The notes below the pieces were generated by a model. It searched no databases, was not told where the DNA came from, and saw only the letters and a list, made by a program, of their open reading frames with translations. A stretch of DNA of 64,000 nucleotides from Tubulanus polymorphus (lineage: Eukaryota > Animalia > Nemertea), in NCBI RefSeq assembly GCF_964204645.1, contig NC_134026.1, forward strand, positions 22,044,150-22,108,149, given 5' to 3'. Below are positions 1 through 13,461 of the stretch, piece after piece. A program made the translations under genes and the position numbers. Each line of letters starts with the position of its first letter. Within the stretch, counting starts at the first letter, position 1.

Positions 1-467
1 ATATTCATATTCATATATTCTAAAGCATCTATTTGTATTGCACCTTGCACATAATGCACGTGGGCACAGTGCCTTAGTAATTTCAAGTACAGCCCTAGGC
101 TTGCACTGTGTCCCTCATCGTATGTATGTAAAAACTATGTAAACTCCTACATCTTAAAATAATCTTGCATGATATAATGATGAAAAATAAATCATATATC
201 AATATATCATATAATCTTAAATTACAATTTCCACTCAAAGAAAAAACTACAGCTGCCAACCTCTAAAAGGTGTTATCAAGAACTAACTGAATTCAGTAAA
301 ATTTCATCGAAATATGAAAGAAAATGTTCAAATTAATCATTAATCAACAGTATTTCAGTAACATATTTCATATTTTAGTTCGCTTCAAACAAATCAAATC
401 ACTATTTCTCGTAATAAGATAGTAACGAATACTGAATATGATGAACAGTTGGCATCTTTGAACTTAC

Positions 468-691
468 CAAAATCTGCTGGACCGACTGCTCGGACGACTC
501 GGAGAACGGCACGGCGATCGCGGCGACGGTGAATCGGAAGTGATCTCGATGCGCGGACCAATTTTCAGGTGTGTCGGACGGCATTCGGTCGGAATTGGAA
601 TTCCCTCGCGTTCCATGTAGCTGTGCAAACGATGGTGAGGAAGCGTTGAGTAATGTTGTAGGTGAGGATGGCGACTTTCAATCACAGGATC
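468..691 (-). CDS. Coding exon of a minus-strand gene continuing off the left edge; tentatively the N-terminal exon of a long PDE4/dunce-like cAMP phosphodiesterase
   Basis: Acceptor atttcatttcag before 691 and donor TG|gtaagt after 468. 224 nt open, phase 0 in and phase 2 out: DPVIESRHPHLQHYSTLPHHRLHSYMEREGIPIPTECRPTHLKIGPRIEITSDSPSPRSPCRSPSRPSSRSSRF. GIPIP..RPTHLKIGPRIEITS resembles the recalled RPT(T/S)LPL..P.I.IT block of PDE4A8/B1/D7. The exon is well supported; the PDE4 identity is inference because no catalytic domain lies in the window. Confidence 0.6.
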
Positions 692-1127
692 CTGAAATGA
701 AATCAGATGGCAATTTCAGAAACATTTCCACAAGTTCTTAACCTGCCAATGTTGACACTGAAAATAACCTCTATCATGGCTATGTTGTGAAGAGTTTTGG
801 GTAAGAAAAATAGATTTTTTGCAACGCACTTTACACACCAGTCATTTTCCTACATTCTATTCAGTGATCCGGTTAAAACATGTTATGTATTTCATTATCA
901 TATTCCCCTTTTCAGTTACGGAAAAGCATCCATGTAGGCGAATAGAATTGAACTGTATAAATCGTCCAATTTTTACTGCCGTTTGTTTCTTAATAGATTC
1001 TGTTTGATTATCTAGACAATTTTTGCCCTAACTAAATTACCATATTTTAGCATTTTAGCATTCTCATTTCCATCCTCCGTCTTCGACAATACCCAAGACA
1101 GGCGAGTATGATTCCTATTTTACTCAC

Positions 1128-1470
1128 CTGCCTTGTTTATGAGTGAAGGCAACAATATTTCGTTATTTCCCGCAGATGAAACAAATACCGCAAACAGGTC
1201 AAAATGGTCGATTGCTTAAGAGCAGAGATTCAAACCGAAGTTTGACCGCGTACATAGAAGAAAATGGCCTGAAAGTTCTCCACGGAAAAAAAGCAATGTG
1301 ATACGCAGCGACAACATTTTATGCAATCCAATAAACGGTGAATCATCTCTCTTGACAGCGACATCAAAGAAAAAGAGAACATTTAAGGTGGAACTAGCCT
1401 CCTCCGGATCCACACGTATGATCGATAGATAACGAGAATAGTTGTTATTAGAAGCTCGGACGGCAATTAT
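1128..1470 (-). other. Candidate non-coding alternative first exon of the minus-strand gene (5' boundary unknown)
   Basis: Consensus donor CAG|gtgagt after 1128. An in-frame TAA lies 9 nt before the donor, so translation would start at the ATG at 616 (MEREGIPIP...). A strand-asymmetric purine/pyrimidine tract lies upstream at about 1535-1770. Confidence 0.4.
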
Positions 1471-2345
1471 CATAAGATGTCACCAATTTTATGAAGTTTT
1501 CTTATTAGACACACAACGCCGGCGATGACGATATCACAGAAAAGGGAAAGTAGGTCGGTGTGCAGAAAGGGGATGGTAGGTAGGTTAGGGAGTGAGCGAT
1601 GGCAGAGGTGCGGGCCGATGCGAAAAAATGATGGGACAATGATGAAAGGGAAAAGAGCAGAGATGAGAGGGAAAGCTAGAGAAAAGTAGAGCAGCAAGAA
1701 GATGGATAGAACAAGAGAAGAAGAGAACGAAGAGTGCGCAATTGGAAAAGGGAGATAAGAACTCAGACGGAAGATATATCAGGTGACTACAAATACCTAG
1801 AGAAGAGACATCAAATAAATGAATAAGCTTATGACATTAATCACACATAGTAAAGATACATACTCAGAAGCGGTCTCGTATCATAACCACGTAGTAAATT
1901 CTGTACCTCAATGATCTCAATAATAAAGTCTCGTGTCGGGCGACAATCTCCCTAACACGCAATTCCACGTTAGCCGGTCATTTATTATTTATCAATGTCT
2001 ACTACAATATCGATTAGAAGGTTATTTCTCTTTCAACTCCGATACGTATCTGATAAGTGCTAATAGAAAACGTGTCAAATTTCATCTTAACAATGAATTT
2101 CATTGGAGCTCGTATCCGATGACTGTTGACTAGAAAAAAATACAGTTCAGACAATTATTCCCACGCACAAAACGAAAAAATTTTTAATTTCTCTTAAAGC
2201 AAAATTTTGATTAAGAGTATATAAAGATTACATGTTAAACGATCAAATTAATAAATAACAATTCTGTTGAATAACAACAAAACATTTTCCCTTAAAAACT
2301 CTTAATAAACTTTGAAACCCTTTCGGTGCGGCATATAAATCGGTG

Positions 2346-2515
2346 ATGGACTTTGCTAATCTACAGCACCACAGTGTATCTATGTTTTTAGTTTCGATGC
2401 GGTGTACCATAAGATACTATCATTGCACTATGATTGACAGGTGTTGCCATGTTTGATTAGAGGTAAAAACTAGTAACATCGATACACTGTGGTGCGGTGT
2501 ATTAGCAAAGTCCAT
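2346..2515. mobile_element. MITE-like element, 170 bp
   Basis: About 50-bp imperfect terminal inverted repeats atggactttgctaat..gcaccacagtgtatc / gatacactgtggtgc..attagcaaagtccat; no clear TSD. Confidence 0.75.
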
Positions 2516-2899
2516 GCCATTATTCAACACAGGAGAGTGGAACTTTTTCAAATTTTCAAATTATCTCCAGCGCTGTCGGGAATTAATCAGTCAGCTGAGT
2601 TAAGCTGTAATTAATTTCAATAAAAGCGACCAAATTCTATAATAAAAAGTAGAGACAGTCAGCTCTACTAGCTCTAAATCCTTCCTGCTAACACCAGACA
2701 AATGGTTCAAGTTATGTCTGATTCAAAAAGTCAGATCTTAACATTGAAAAAATTCTACCCGATCTAAACTAAACTAACTCTATCAGTTGAAAGAACGTGC
2801 TGACACTTTTTACCAGTAATACCGAAATAATTGAATTCAACACGTTAAAAAAGACGTCCTCGTGGCAGTTTGCAAAAAATTCATACGATCCCCAATTAC

Positions 2900-2953
2900 C
2901 TCGGCAGCCATCGCGTCGTTAGTATCCGCTTTGGTTGGTCGTTTGGCATCCAT
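2900..2953 (-). CDS. Candidate alternative first coding exon (MDAKRPTKADTNDAMAAE) of the minus-strand gene
   Basis: ATG at 2953, exactly 18 codons, then donor GAG|gtaatt; phase 0 matches the acceptor at 691. Confidence 0.5.
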
Positions 2954-3717
2954 AACGGTTGCAGAAAAAATGACGGGTATTCCCGTGTCGCGACAGACAA
3001 TTTCGTGCGTTTGCACCTTTCCGAAGCTCGGCGAAGAATAGAAAAGAGTTCACCGCGTATCGATGATTCGCGAGATGAAGCCTCCAGAGAAATACGTGTT
3101 TATATATATTTATAGAGACATGATATACGAAATGATGCCATGGCAAATCAATTGATTTTTTTTTTTTCATAGTGACGCCACCGCGCACGCATAAAACGTT
3201 GGGAGACACCACACGGCTAAACAATCTTAAAGTAACATCGAAAAGCGACACGACCAAACGGAAATTCTATTGATTATCGGCTTGGAAATGACATGATTGC
3301 AGCGATAGTGGCTTAATATTTGATTACTAGAATCGAATTAGAGTAAACGCCCAAATGTATTCCAGTTTGTTTGGTCAGGATTAGCATAGAACGACAGATG
3401 ATTATAACGATAACTGATTACGTTTAATCCGAACCGGTTCATGATCCAATGAGATAATTCATCGACCAATTTAAAACGATACTTGCTTTTCCAAAAAGCT
3501 TTCTTGAACTGGACTCTGTTGGGGATACCTGCACTATATAAATGACATTTTTATCATTTACAGTCCACTGGCAATGGAGCATTACGCGGAAGTTAAATTT
3601 TAATCAATATTTTTCATGAACCCGATGAACTTAAATTGGTCCTAAGGTGGCAATTACTGAAGTTCACAGCAAATGCAGACAAAATACAGAACAAGAACCC
3701 AAGACTAGTTAATCTAT

Positions 3718-3928
3718 AGCCGCGATCACACGTGCATTTTTGGCCAGGGCCAAATTTGGCCCGTGTCACACCGGAAATGATCCACTTCGCTTTTTTTTAG
3801 CATTGTTGAGTATCGAGTGAATGGTTTGCGTGTGAACACGCTCTCTAATTAGGCACGGGCCAAATGTGGCGCGAGCCTGATCGGTGCCAATTTGGTCCGG
3901 GCCAAATCGTCTCCGTGTGATCGCGGCT
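3718..3928. mobile_element. MITE, possibly PIF/Harbinger-derived
   Basis: Perfect 15-bp TIR agccgcgatcacacg / cgtgtgatcgcggct, flanked by TAT on both sides; internal ggccaaat/atttggcc subrepeats; degraded right-end copy at about 8307-8357. Confidence 0.75.
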
Positions 3929-5750
3929 TATAACAAGACTTACTCTCAATTGTATTTAATCCTTCTTTTGCGATGACGAATGAAAAACCAAAGTACAAAA
4001 TCACAAAATCCTAACTGCACGGACTAAAACCAACACCATGCACTACTCCGCATCCAGTAAGGATATACAGTGACAGTGTAGTTGATCAAGTCAACCAAGG
4101 CTCATAGAAGATGAACAAGACAAGATTGCGAATACCACCCCGCATACTCCCGTCATTCATCATGTGTGCATTAATTGAAATGCTCATTTTCAGGCAAAAT
4201 GACCCCCAGCGTTGGGAGACTTTCAATTAATAACTAATTAATCCATCAACATCAGCCGCAACAACGTTGTGGCATCTAATCGCCATTTTCAGATACGTTT
4301 ACAGACGCTCTAGTCGCAATCTTATCAGTTACAAACAACACGACGACGGCAATTGGAATCTTTTTCTTCCGATTCTCACTTCGTACTTTGTCATCCGCTA
4401 TCCACTTTACAGACGCAAGTTCCGAGGAATTAATACACGTTAAGCCCCGGAGACCCCGCAATCGGCAATACGGTCATTAGAAAGTTCCTCGCCGATTACA
4501 AGAATCGCGATCGATCGTAACGGAATTACAGCAATAACATTAAACACAAGACGAAAAGGACTGAGAGTAAATCCGTTTATTTCAAACGATCGACGCCAAG
4601 TCGCGAATTTCTGGCTTGTAAAAAAATTCTGATTCTTGATTCTCGAATCGGTTGGCCCCCGAATGAAATATTCGATGTTACACTCCTGCTCCAGCTAGAT
4701 TATTCGAAGCTGTAACGCTTTGCGGTCCCACGAAGGGGACTTATTCGCGAAATCAATTTCCCTCGATGACAGACAATTCAAACTCGAGTGAAGATCCTAC
4801 ACTACTAAATCTTAACATGCATCCGTTATCAGAAAACTATGCACGAAAAATATTATGAATTTTGAGAATTCACTTGAACATTTTCGAACCAATTTGTCAG
4901 TAAGTCGTCGATGGTTTTGTGCATTATTTCTTAGAATTGTTACCAGCGTATATATTCTCAATGCTATTCAGTGGCATGGTCCATTTACAACAGTTTTATT
5001 AATATTGAGGCATCGAAAGCAATATTTATAAGAAACGTATGTTTGCAGTCTAAACCCTGTCAGACATCCGGACACATTCTCGTCGGTTATTCCATTTTGG
5101 CGCATGAGCTTATTGCAGTCATAGCTTATACCGAGGATTAGGGAGCTTAGGTCAGCAGACATTCATCTTGATACAGGATCATAATCATGCGCAATTGATT
5201 GAAAGCATCCAAACCCGAAAACCAATTTCGTTCCTTGTGTCGGTCACAATTACATATTATTGAGCGACACACTGGATAATTCTTAACTACATTGTCATAG
5301 CAATAGCCAAGACCACTTGACAAGAATTTAGGATTAGAGCCTTAGAACTTAACAAATTATTGTCAGTTCTAGATTATCTAGCCTTCTTTTAGAAAGTGGA
5401 GCATTACCATATGCTGATAGCATTTCATCTACAACCAGTCAAATTCTGACTAAAAGCCTACATAAATGGAATCTTGTAAAAATATGTGAGAAATGTCATT
5501 GAGCCCTAAACACGAAAACAAACTTGAAAGTTTATTATGGCGTTAAAAAATACACAGCCTATATTGCTTTACATTGTCAATATCAAGGATCAATACGTTA
5601 TTTTAGATTTGATCAATAATTGAACTGACCGACCAGCAACCAGCATCCACTAGGCCTAACCCCTATACATAGATGACTTAAAAATGATTATCAAAATTAA
5701 TCAAAAATAAAATAAGAGTTAGGGCTATGAAATATTTCAAACTATGAAAT

Positions 5751-5893
5751 AGACACCAAAATTCACATTTTTGAAATGCCAATATTGTACTGCACATCGA
5801 CTCCCACAGAACCCCTTAGGCCCTCTATACTAGGAAGGTACCAATACATGTGTATAAATACCATTGTAACAGTTTTTACGCCTTCAAAAGATA
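5751..5893 (+). repeat. Dispersed repeat fragment, copy 1 (related to 44222-44411)
   Basis: Shared ordered blocks: aattcac, atcgactc(c/a)cacagaa(c/a)cccttag, atactag, taac(a/g)gtttttacg, tcaaaa. Confidence 0.55.
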
Positions 5894-7076
5894 TTTTCAT
5901 CTTTCATTGAAATAGGCCTAAACAAAAATGCATGTTATTACATAATGTATCATTCTTTCTGTCCGTACTCCTCTGAATATGACTGACACAATATCCAATA
6001 CGGAGTCGAAGGAACACATATCTCATTTCAAACATGATGAGGGCACTATCGGACAACAGAAACTGTCTAGACCTTCCGCAGTCAGTCTGTTTCAATCAAG
6101 CATATTGTCAGATACAGTTACCGATAATTGCGTAAGTGTGCTTCTGTCACCCAGTACAATGAAGTTATTAATGACCCCCCTTAATCTAAATTCATCCAAG
6201 CGACTCCGGAGTAACATCCACATCGGCGGGTAAACAGATTTCTACCGATACATATGGCACGACGAACGTCACGAAATAATTTCTTTCTAAAATTCAAAAG
6301 ATTAAATCAAGGATATCGAAAAAATCACTGACCTACATATCCGCAGCTCATCTCATCGCCGCTATAGTCTACCAGCAGAGCTAAAATATCGACGAAATGA
6401 TAATTTTCATACCAGTATAGACGGTCTTTAAATAGGCATGAAAGAAAATGCCTAAAAGCATGTACGTGTTGATCAATATATCGACGCAGTTGTTTTATAT
6501 TTGTGACATCCCCGCTCGATGTAACCAACCAATGTTCAGACGGCAATAAAAATGTCAGTGGTTAAAGGTTTAGTTAATAGATGAGGTATAGGTCGGTGAG
6601 CAAAGCTCCAATTGAGGTCTAGAATTTATAAAAAAATACAAAGATATACAAAAAGAACGAGAAAGTGGATCCAGGGAAAGGTCTTGAAAGAAAGCTCTAC
6701 CGCTACTTATTGGATCCATATTTTCCACAAATTTTTTGTAGCGGGTGATGGGGTTTGGAAGGGGTGATGAATATCTAAGACCGGGTCAGTTGGCCTAACT
6801 GACAAGTGACTGCTGATAGCAGTGTACCCCGGTATCTTGATATCAACTTAACCGAAAAATAAGGTTATTTTAGGGCTTCAAATGAGAACACCCAATTTTC
6901 TCAAGATTTTATCGCAGCAATCATTCAGCCAACAACTCTAATTTGCTTTGTTTATCCGTATAGAAGAACTTAAGACCCACCCATTGTTTGAAATGTCAAT
7001 TCTAATCAGTTCAAATCAATCTTTGTCTTAAAACCTTTTTCATCATGGATGGGTTAAACCACTCGATTAGGCTACC

Positions 7077-7310
7077 CAGGGGCGGATCCAAGCTATATTC
7101 CACTGTAGGCCTATTGCAGAAAATAGTCCGAAAAATGTGGAAAACATATTTTCTAGAAGTACCTAATCTAACAGGTCCAGAATGGAACAAGGGAAAAGAG
7201 TCATTTTAAAATTTTTCTTGGCGAGAAACCACCCTTTAATGAGCTTCGCCGCTGGCATCTTTGAGCAATACTTATTATATAGTCAAATTCACCGGCTGGA
7301 TCCGCCACAG
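7077..7310. mobile_element. Non-autonomous DNA transposon with CAGGGGCGGATCCA-type ends and 5-bp TSD (hAT5-like)
   Basis: caggggcggatcca ... tggatccgccacag; CTACC duplicated at 7072-7076 and 7311-7315. Superfamily is inferred only from TSD length. Confidence 0.65.
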
Positions 7311-10171
7311 CTACCAGTTATTGGACAGGCAACCAGGTTGCCAGGAATCTACTATCATACAAAATGCACTAGGCCTATTTCTGGTCAGAAAAAAGTAAGC
7401 CTATACATTTCGATAGCCTTTTAGTTTCCTGGCGCCATGTTTTTAGTTACAGGTACCCATAGTCTAAACAATTAGTACCTAGCCGTTGTTCAAACCCGTA
7501 ACAATGACTGGTATTCAGACTAAGGTACCCAATGCCTCTGCTGCGTGCTGGGTGGGGGCTGTTGTTGGTCCACTTTTATTTCGTCCACATCTCTCTGGAA
7601 TGCATAAGTGATGAGATAGAAACGAAGCAAAAATCATGAAAAATGTAAGTCAAGCCGCCTGGATAAGCTTACATCAAATTCGATCGTATCTTCATCTCAT
7701 ATCCGATGTGTTCTTTTAAATCTTTTTGTCGCGTGCTGTTGTTGATGTCGACTCATACAAGCGCCTTTGCAGCATGATCATTGAATTGTTTAGCGAGAAA
7801 CGTAATAAAAAACGATGCCAGCAATGCGCGCGTGCCACAGCAGATTCCACGAGCGGAGTATGTAGAAATCGGAATCCATCCACTCCCGTGTAGACTACCG
7901 GTCTCTATCTTCATATTGAATGGGACACGCAACCAGTCTACTCCCGTGAAGCCCGTAGCCTAAACTAAAAGTCTCTAGTCTTTGGTTATTTGACTATGCC
8001 ATTCAAACTGCTGTTCCAATGTAAGATGACAAACAGAAGGCGTTAGCCTCAGTCTAGAAGCCTTAATTAAAAAATCGCCGCTTCTGGAAATTATTTTTCC
8101 AGGCGCATTTATATGAGACAGTGCAAGCATTTCAACGTGATTTGCAGGAAAGAAACTATTTTGAGAAACGTCCATCCGATTATATCGACCGATAGTTTTC
8201 GTAGAGTAAATAAAGGCTTACATCAATGACCGTGGGCAAATTTTATTTGATAGCATTAGTAAAGAGTTGCACGAAACGCGCTTACCTATTTTCAAAACAC
8301 GAACCAAGGTCCAAATTTGATTCGGGTCTAGATCGTTTCCGGTGTGATCGCGACTTAAAATCAGCCAGTAAAGTTAACATTACAAAGTTGTCAGTAATTT
8401 CTTTTTAAAAAAGGCTCAATATTGACAACGATATAGAGTTAAATGGATCTAGCGGGCTTTTAAAAAAATCTTCCCAGGCGCTCTTTGTTGTCCTATGATT
8501 GCGGGTCCTACTTCATTGAAAATTATCCAAATTTCGAAAAATCCTGATCCAAATTTTTTGGGCACCTGAAAATTTTAGGGGGTTGGCGATCGCTGCCCCC
8601 AAACCCCCACTCGGCACGGGCCGGTGGATTCGGTTCCCGCGTGCGCTCGGCTGAGCGATCGTTTTACGTAGATGCCGCGATGCAGCTGCTGAAGTGGGAA
8701 CTGCTCAGCGCGCAGGAAAATCGCTGACGCCATCTCGTGTAAATTTTCGATTCTACGAATTATCTTATTAGCGCGCTTGTGGAACGTTTCGTTATACGTG
8801 ACCTTCTCTCTAAAATACCAGTAAATCAAAATAACGCCTAACGAAATGGCATTTGTGCGTTCGTAAAATCGATGACGCTTGCACATTCGCTGTAGGGCAG
8901 CCACCAATTCTGATGTCGCTACTTAGTGATTATCATCGTAATTTGTCACAAAATGCGCGTCGTTGGTAACGTGCTTAGAAAAGGATTTTCTTGCCCCTCC
9001 GAAGGCAACTCAGGAGAAAGTAGCCATTGACCCAAACTGTCGTCACTCATTTGACAGTTCGTTTGACTCATATCATCCTAACTCCCACCTGTCTACAAGA
9101 CAATAAGTGTGTCCTTCGGTTTCCACCGACGCAAAGCCACTTAATAGCGGTAACTGAACTCAACTCTGACATTTTCCAGCGAAATTAGTTGTTGTTTTTT
9201 GTTTCGGATTCTTGAAATCTCGACACCAACGTGTTACATAATGTAATTTTCTTTGACGTGTCAAGTCGCCTGTCATATCATATTCCTAATTGTCATACGA
9301 ACGATCAAACCAAACTTTGGCGCGCACTGTGGTGACTGCGCGTCAACGTTTGTTTCATCGCGGGGCGCTTTTCAAAAAGAAAATTAGCATCTTTCTACGA
9401 TTGAACCTTCGGGCCATGTTTAAGAAGATTTTTCAATCAAATTCTTTATCCGATATAAACATCAGGCGAACGCATAAAAGGCGACAATACGCCCAGAACT
9501 GGCATTTGCTTCCTGTCTCGTCGTGAACATTAAGTGCGTATATTTTCTCAATAAATGGTAGTCATGATTGATTTATCATTCAGCTTTTATGAAGAAACGA
9601 AACTAAATCAGGCGAAACATTCGCTTACAAGCAAACTGAATTATCGAGCTGGTTGTTGGCGCTCGTGAAAAAAGCTCGTCAAGATTATCGGGCGACCAGT
9701 GGAATAAGTGGTAGTTGGCACTATGCTAACCATTTGCAGAAACAAAATATCTTGATCCAATGTATTAGTAAATATACCTATACACTGCACCTATGCCTAT
9801 GCCAACGGATGATAATTATGCATTGAAATAAGCTTATATGAATTTTATAAATGCCCAAAGTACTGGTCATCCCCCTTGAGACTCAACTGGCCCAGCGAAG
9901 CGATTTGTGTTTTGACTATACGTTTTTTACTATATGTATACTATTACATTTATTTCAGGACAAATCAAGATTAGATATTACACAATACTTAAGAACGATG
10001 AAATGACCGCAAGGATACTTCCGAAAAGCTTGGGAAATGAGATGCACCTTAAAACCTCAAAAAGGGGGAACAAAGAAAATAAATAACTCTTCAATGAGAA
10101 AAAAAACTCATCCATGTCCTAGGTTAGAGTTTTTGCGGAAAAATTGAGACATAAACTGACCGATTAAAAAA

Positions 10172-10322
10172 ATGATTTATATGTTTCTCGATGATTTTGG
10201 TTCGCGCGCAATCGTACATAGCCAATTTTTAAAATTGTGTTTCGTGTTTCAAAACAGCGCACACAGTCACGAAACAAGCCATAAACTTGTTTCTGTTTCG
10301 CGATTTTGTCTTGCTATGTGCG
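10172..10322 (+). repeat. Dispersed MITE-like repeat fragment (related to 33095-33257)
   Basis: Shared blocks tttatatgtttc..tgattttgg, tcacgaaacaagcca, ctgtttc, tcttgctat. Confidence 0.55.
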
Positions 10323-13218
10323 GATAAGTGGTTGTTTGTAGAACCACGGACTGAAACGGTCTCATTTTGCCGCGCACTTGATACACTAAGCGATAGCGTG
10401 TAATTTTATTTCATCGGTAAATTAAGTCTCAAGCCTGATAAAGCTATTTCCGGATGTCTTTGATGGCTGGTGGCGGACTCGTACATGAATCGATACAGGA
10501 GTGCATTAAAACACGTCACGATTCATAAAGGAGGGATATGTATACGGCTCTAAAAATGCCGGGCGGTACTGTCCGCGCGTGATATGATATTCAAAATAAC
10601 GTGTGAAAATCGATTCTCGGACATTCTGGTTAAAACATGCGTCTATATATAGTAAAGACTTTGGTTCGAGGAAAACAAAGCCGACAAGCCGGTGATCTGG
10701 CAACTGGTGATTCTGTCTTATATACGCGGAGGAACTAATTTATCAATTGGAATTGACACTGATCGATGGCTAGTGACGTTATGCATCTATTTCGCTCAGT
10801 CCAGTACGAACCATCGCTCTAGTCGATTGGCGTGTATTTGCAGAATTACCATATTTTCGTTCCCACTGGGAAAACATGCTGTTCTCGCAATAACCAAATG
10901 AACCTACTTCTTTTTGCAAATGGCACACTTCCTTCGACGCGACTCTCATACCTAAATATTCGTCGCCAGTCCGATGATTGATTTAGCGAGCTGCTTTCAT
11001 GAAGAAACGAAGGCAAATCGACGCGGGGTATGATTCGTCGTCAATAAAAACGAATTATCGCTCTAAGTCTAGCCTACGAAGACTCATGAAAAACAACATG
11101 TTTCTAATACATAAAATGATACGTTATTCGACGAAATGGATGAAATCGAAAAAAAGTCGGTGTTAATCGTGTAACGCTTTGATCCAAGGAAGTGAAAACC
11201 CGGCCATCGGATTTATAACTTCGCTGTAATTTGCTATTTCGAAAAGGTCAGTGCAGTTGTTGTCGGCATGGTGCGTTCTGCATAAATGGCCTGCGGAGTT
11301 AAATCGCGTCTCGAACGCCACCGGAATGCCAAACGAACTTCTCATGAGGGAATTGTTAAACGAAGCGGCAACTTGTACGACGACATAGCCATCTGACCGT
11401 GTGTAAGAGCCGCGTAATGAAAAATGACAGCGGAATTATTGGGATGCGCTTGTCAAAGTAAAAATCCAAATCCTTTTAGCTCTCTCGCCAGCGTCTGATA
11501 CTCGCTCAAGAGACTCGTCACGACCCAGATGCAGAGGAAATAAATAGGGAATTTTTGTTTGTTCGATCTATATCATCAGTTCAGCAAAAAATTTGATTAT
11601 TATTGAATGACCAACTCGTCGGAGAAATGATAGATTCGCGAGCAAAAGTTGATTTCTTATCAAATTACATCGTGACAACCTTGAATAGGAAGCGTAGTGG
11701 GTTGTTTTATACAGCGGAAAATATCGAAAAGCGATCGACGGCTTCTACGCACTGACTGATGCGTCATCTGCTATGCGACAAAATTCAGAAAATCTATATG
11801 TACGCGTAAAGCGATTTGATTTATCGGGTGAATTCGATGATCGATTGACCGCGCGAGGCAATCGATTTTAAACATTTACCACACTGGGGAACCTAATCAC
11901 CGACGGAAGAGTGTATTGCAGTTTTGAACTACTTCGATTAACTCATCATTCCAATTTGTCAAGGTCTATAATCTAAGACGTCGGTGGCGGCGGTGGCGCA
12001 CACCAGGAATATGCGCGTCGGACGAACGATCTTAACATTCCAATCCTCAAGTGCAACCTCGCAAAACTAGAATAATCCTGCCGCCACCGTGTTCGTTTCT
12101 TTCACGATATCATCATTTTCACTATACTTTTACTTCACGTGCGAGTGCTTTGTACGGTTTCCACACGCTACACTTCATTAGAACGATTAGATAAACGTAA
12201 ATCTTTTGACGAAATAGCGATCGGAAAATCTCGGTTCTGTGTAGTTTCGAAATTCCCTCGACGTAGTGGCTATCGCATTCCGTAATGTCGTTTTGATGAA
12301 GTAACTATACATATATGTGCCACTTTTATCATCGGTCTCTATGTCGCACCCGGATATTAACGAACTACGAAAATCCCAAGCGCATATTTATCTCCGCACA
12401 ACACACCTTACCACCATTTATCATTCGCGCTATTATGATAATTAAATTCGTGCAAAGTATTTCGTAGAATATGGCCGGAAAGGTCAATGGTCGGGAGAAT
12501 ATGATATTCATGTATATGCATTCAAAGAAGCCCGTATGAGATGTATATAGTTTCAACCTCATACAGGCTCATTGAATAATGTCCTTAAAGCTTCAAATGT
12601 TTTGATTTTCAACAAAAGACAGAAGTTTGCTTACGAGAAATACGAATCTGTACGTTTTAAGAATAATAGATTCCGAATCTCGGCGGCCCTTTTCTCAGAT
12701 CGTATTCGGCTCTGTAACAAACCGAAGAAAGATGTTCTTGAGCATTGAAAGCTTGTGCGAGACAGGCTGCTGCTTGTTGGCATCTAAAACGCTTTTAAGA
12801 TTAAAGGTAACGCCAAGATTACTCGATTCTCACCTTGAGCTATATACGAGTTGATATCCATTTTCTACTGACATCGTATTTGGACACCTACATTCAACTG
12901 TATGTACAGCAGAAAAAAGCTGCATTATAAATGAAAATACAAAATGAGCCCGTATATTTTCATCGATTGGTTTAGTTTTTAAATTTCAAAATAACTATTG
13001 AGCTTGCCGGATGCTAGCTCATCCATCATGGGATGAAATGGATGATGAATAACTACGCATCGATGCCCTGCAATAGTAGAGACGAAGCCTTTTAGCGCCT
13101 GAACTAAACAGCGTACGTATCAAAATGATTTCAGCGAAGATGGCAAGATTTCGGTTTTGTTTATTTGACAGTCTTTCGGGCTTTCGGGACAAAACCTGAA
13201 GTGTAATTGAAAGGAAGG

Positions 13219-13460
13219 TGTCGAGAACAGGATGTTTATGTAAATATGTCAGTAACCATATAGTGTTCTCTCCCCCTTAGCCTATGTAGCGAATCATCAT
13301 ATATATTAGCATGCGCATGTGCAGTCGGGACAGGTGGTTAGCCTGTGTGTGACCGAAATAAACGAGTATCTTATGATCTGTAGACTGAACCCGTCGTGTT
13401 TTTAGTCTTTCTCTTCTTTTATCTCCGAACCTGGTCTTCTTTGTGACTCGCAACGCCACA
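13219..13460 (+). repeat. 5' LTR
   Basis: TGTCGAG...GCCACA; identical to 18984-19225 except T13371 versus G19136; TATA-like catatatatt near 13298 and AATAAA at 13357-13362. Confidence 0.98.
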
Positions 13461-13461
13461 T

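Noticed and set aside
40-79. Helitron-like 3' end (ggcacagtgcc inverted repeat followed by ttagt)
   Set aside because: The terminus is not CTRR and the rest lies outside the window.
464-685. NFATc-like gene call based on PRIEIT and SP repeats
   Set aside because: No Rel domain is visible, and the adjacent GIPIP/RPTxL block and phase-2 exit fit long PDE4 N-termini better; cannot be fully excluded without downstream sequence.
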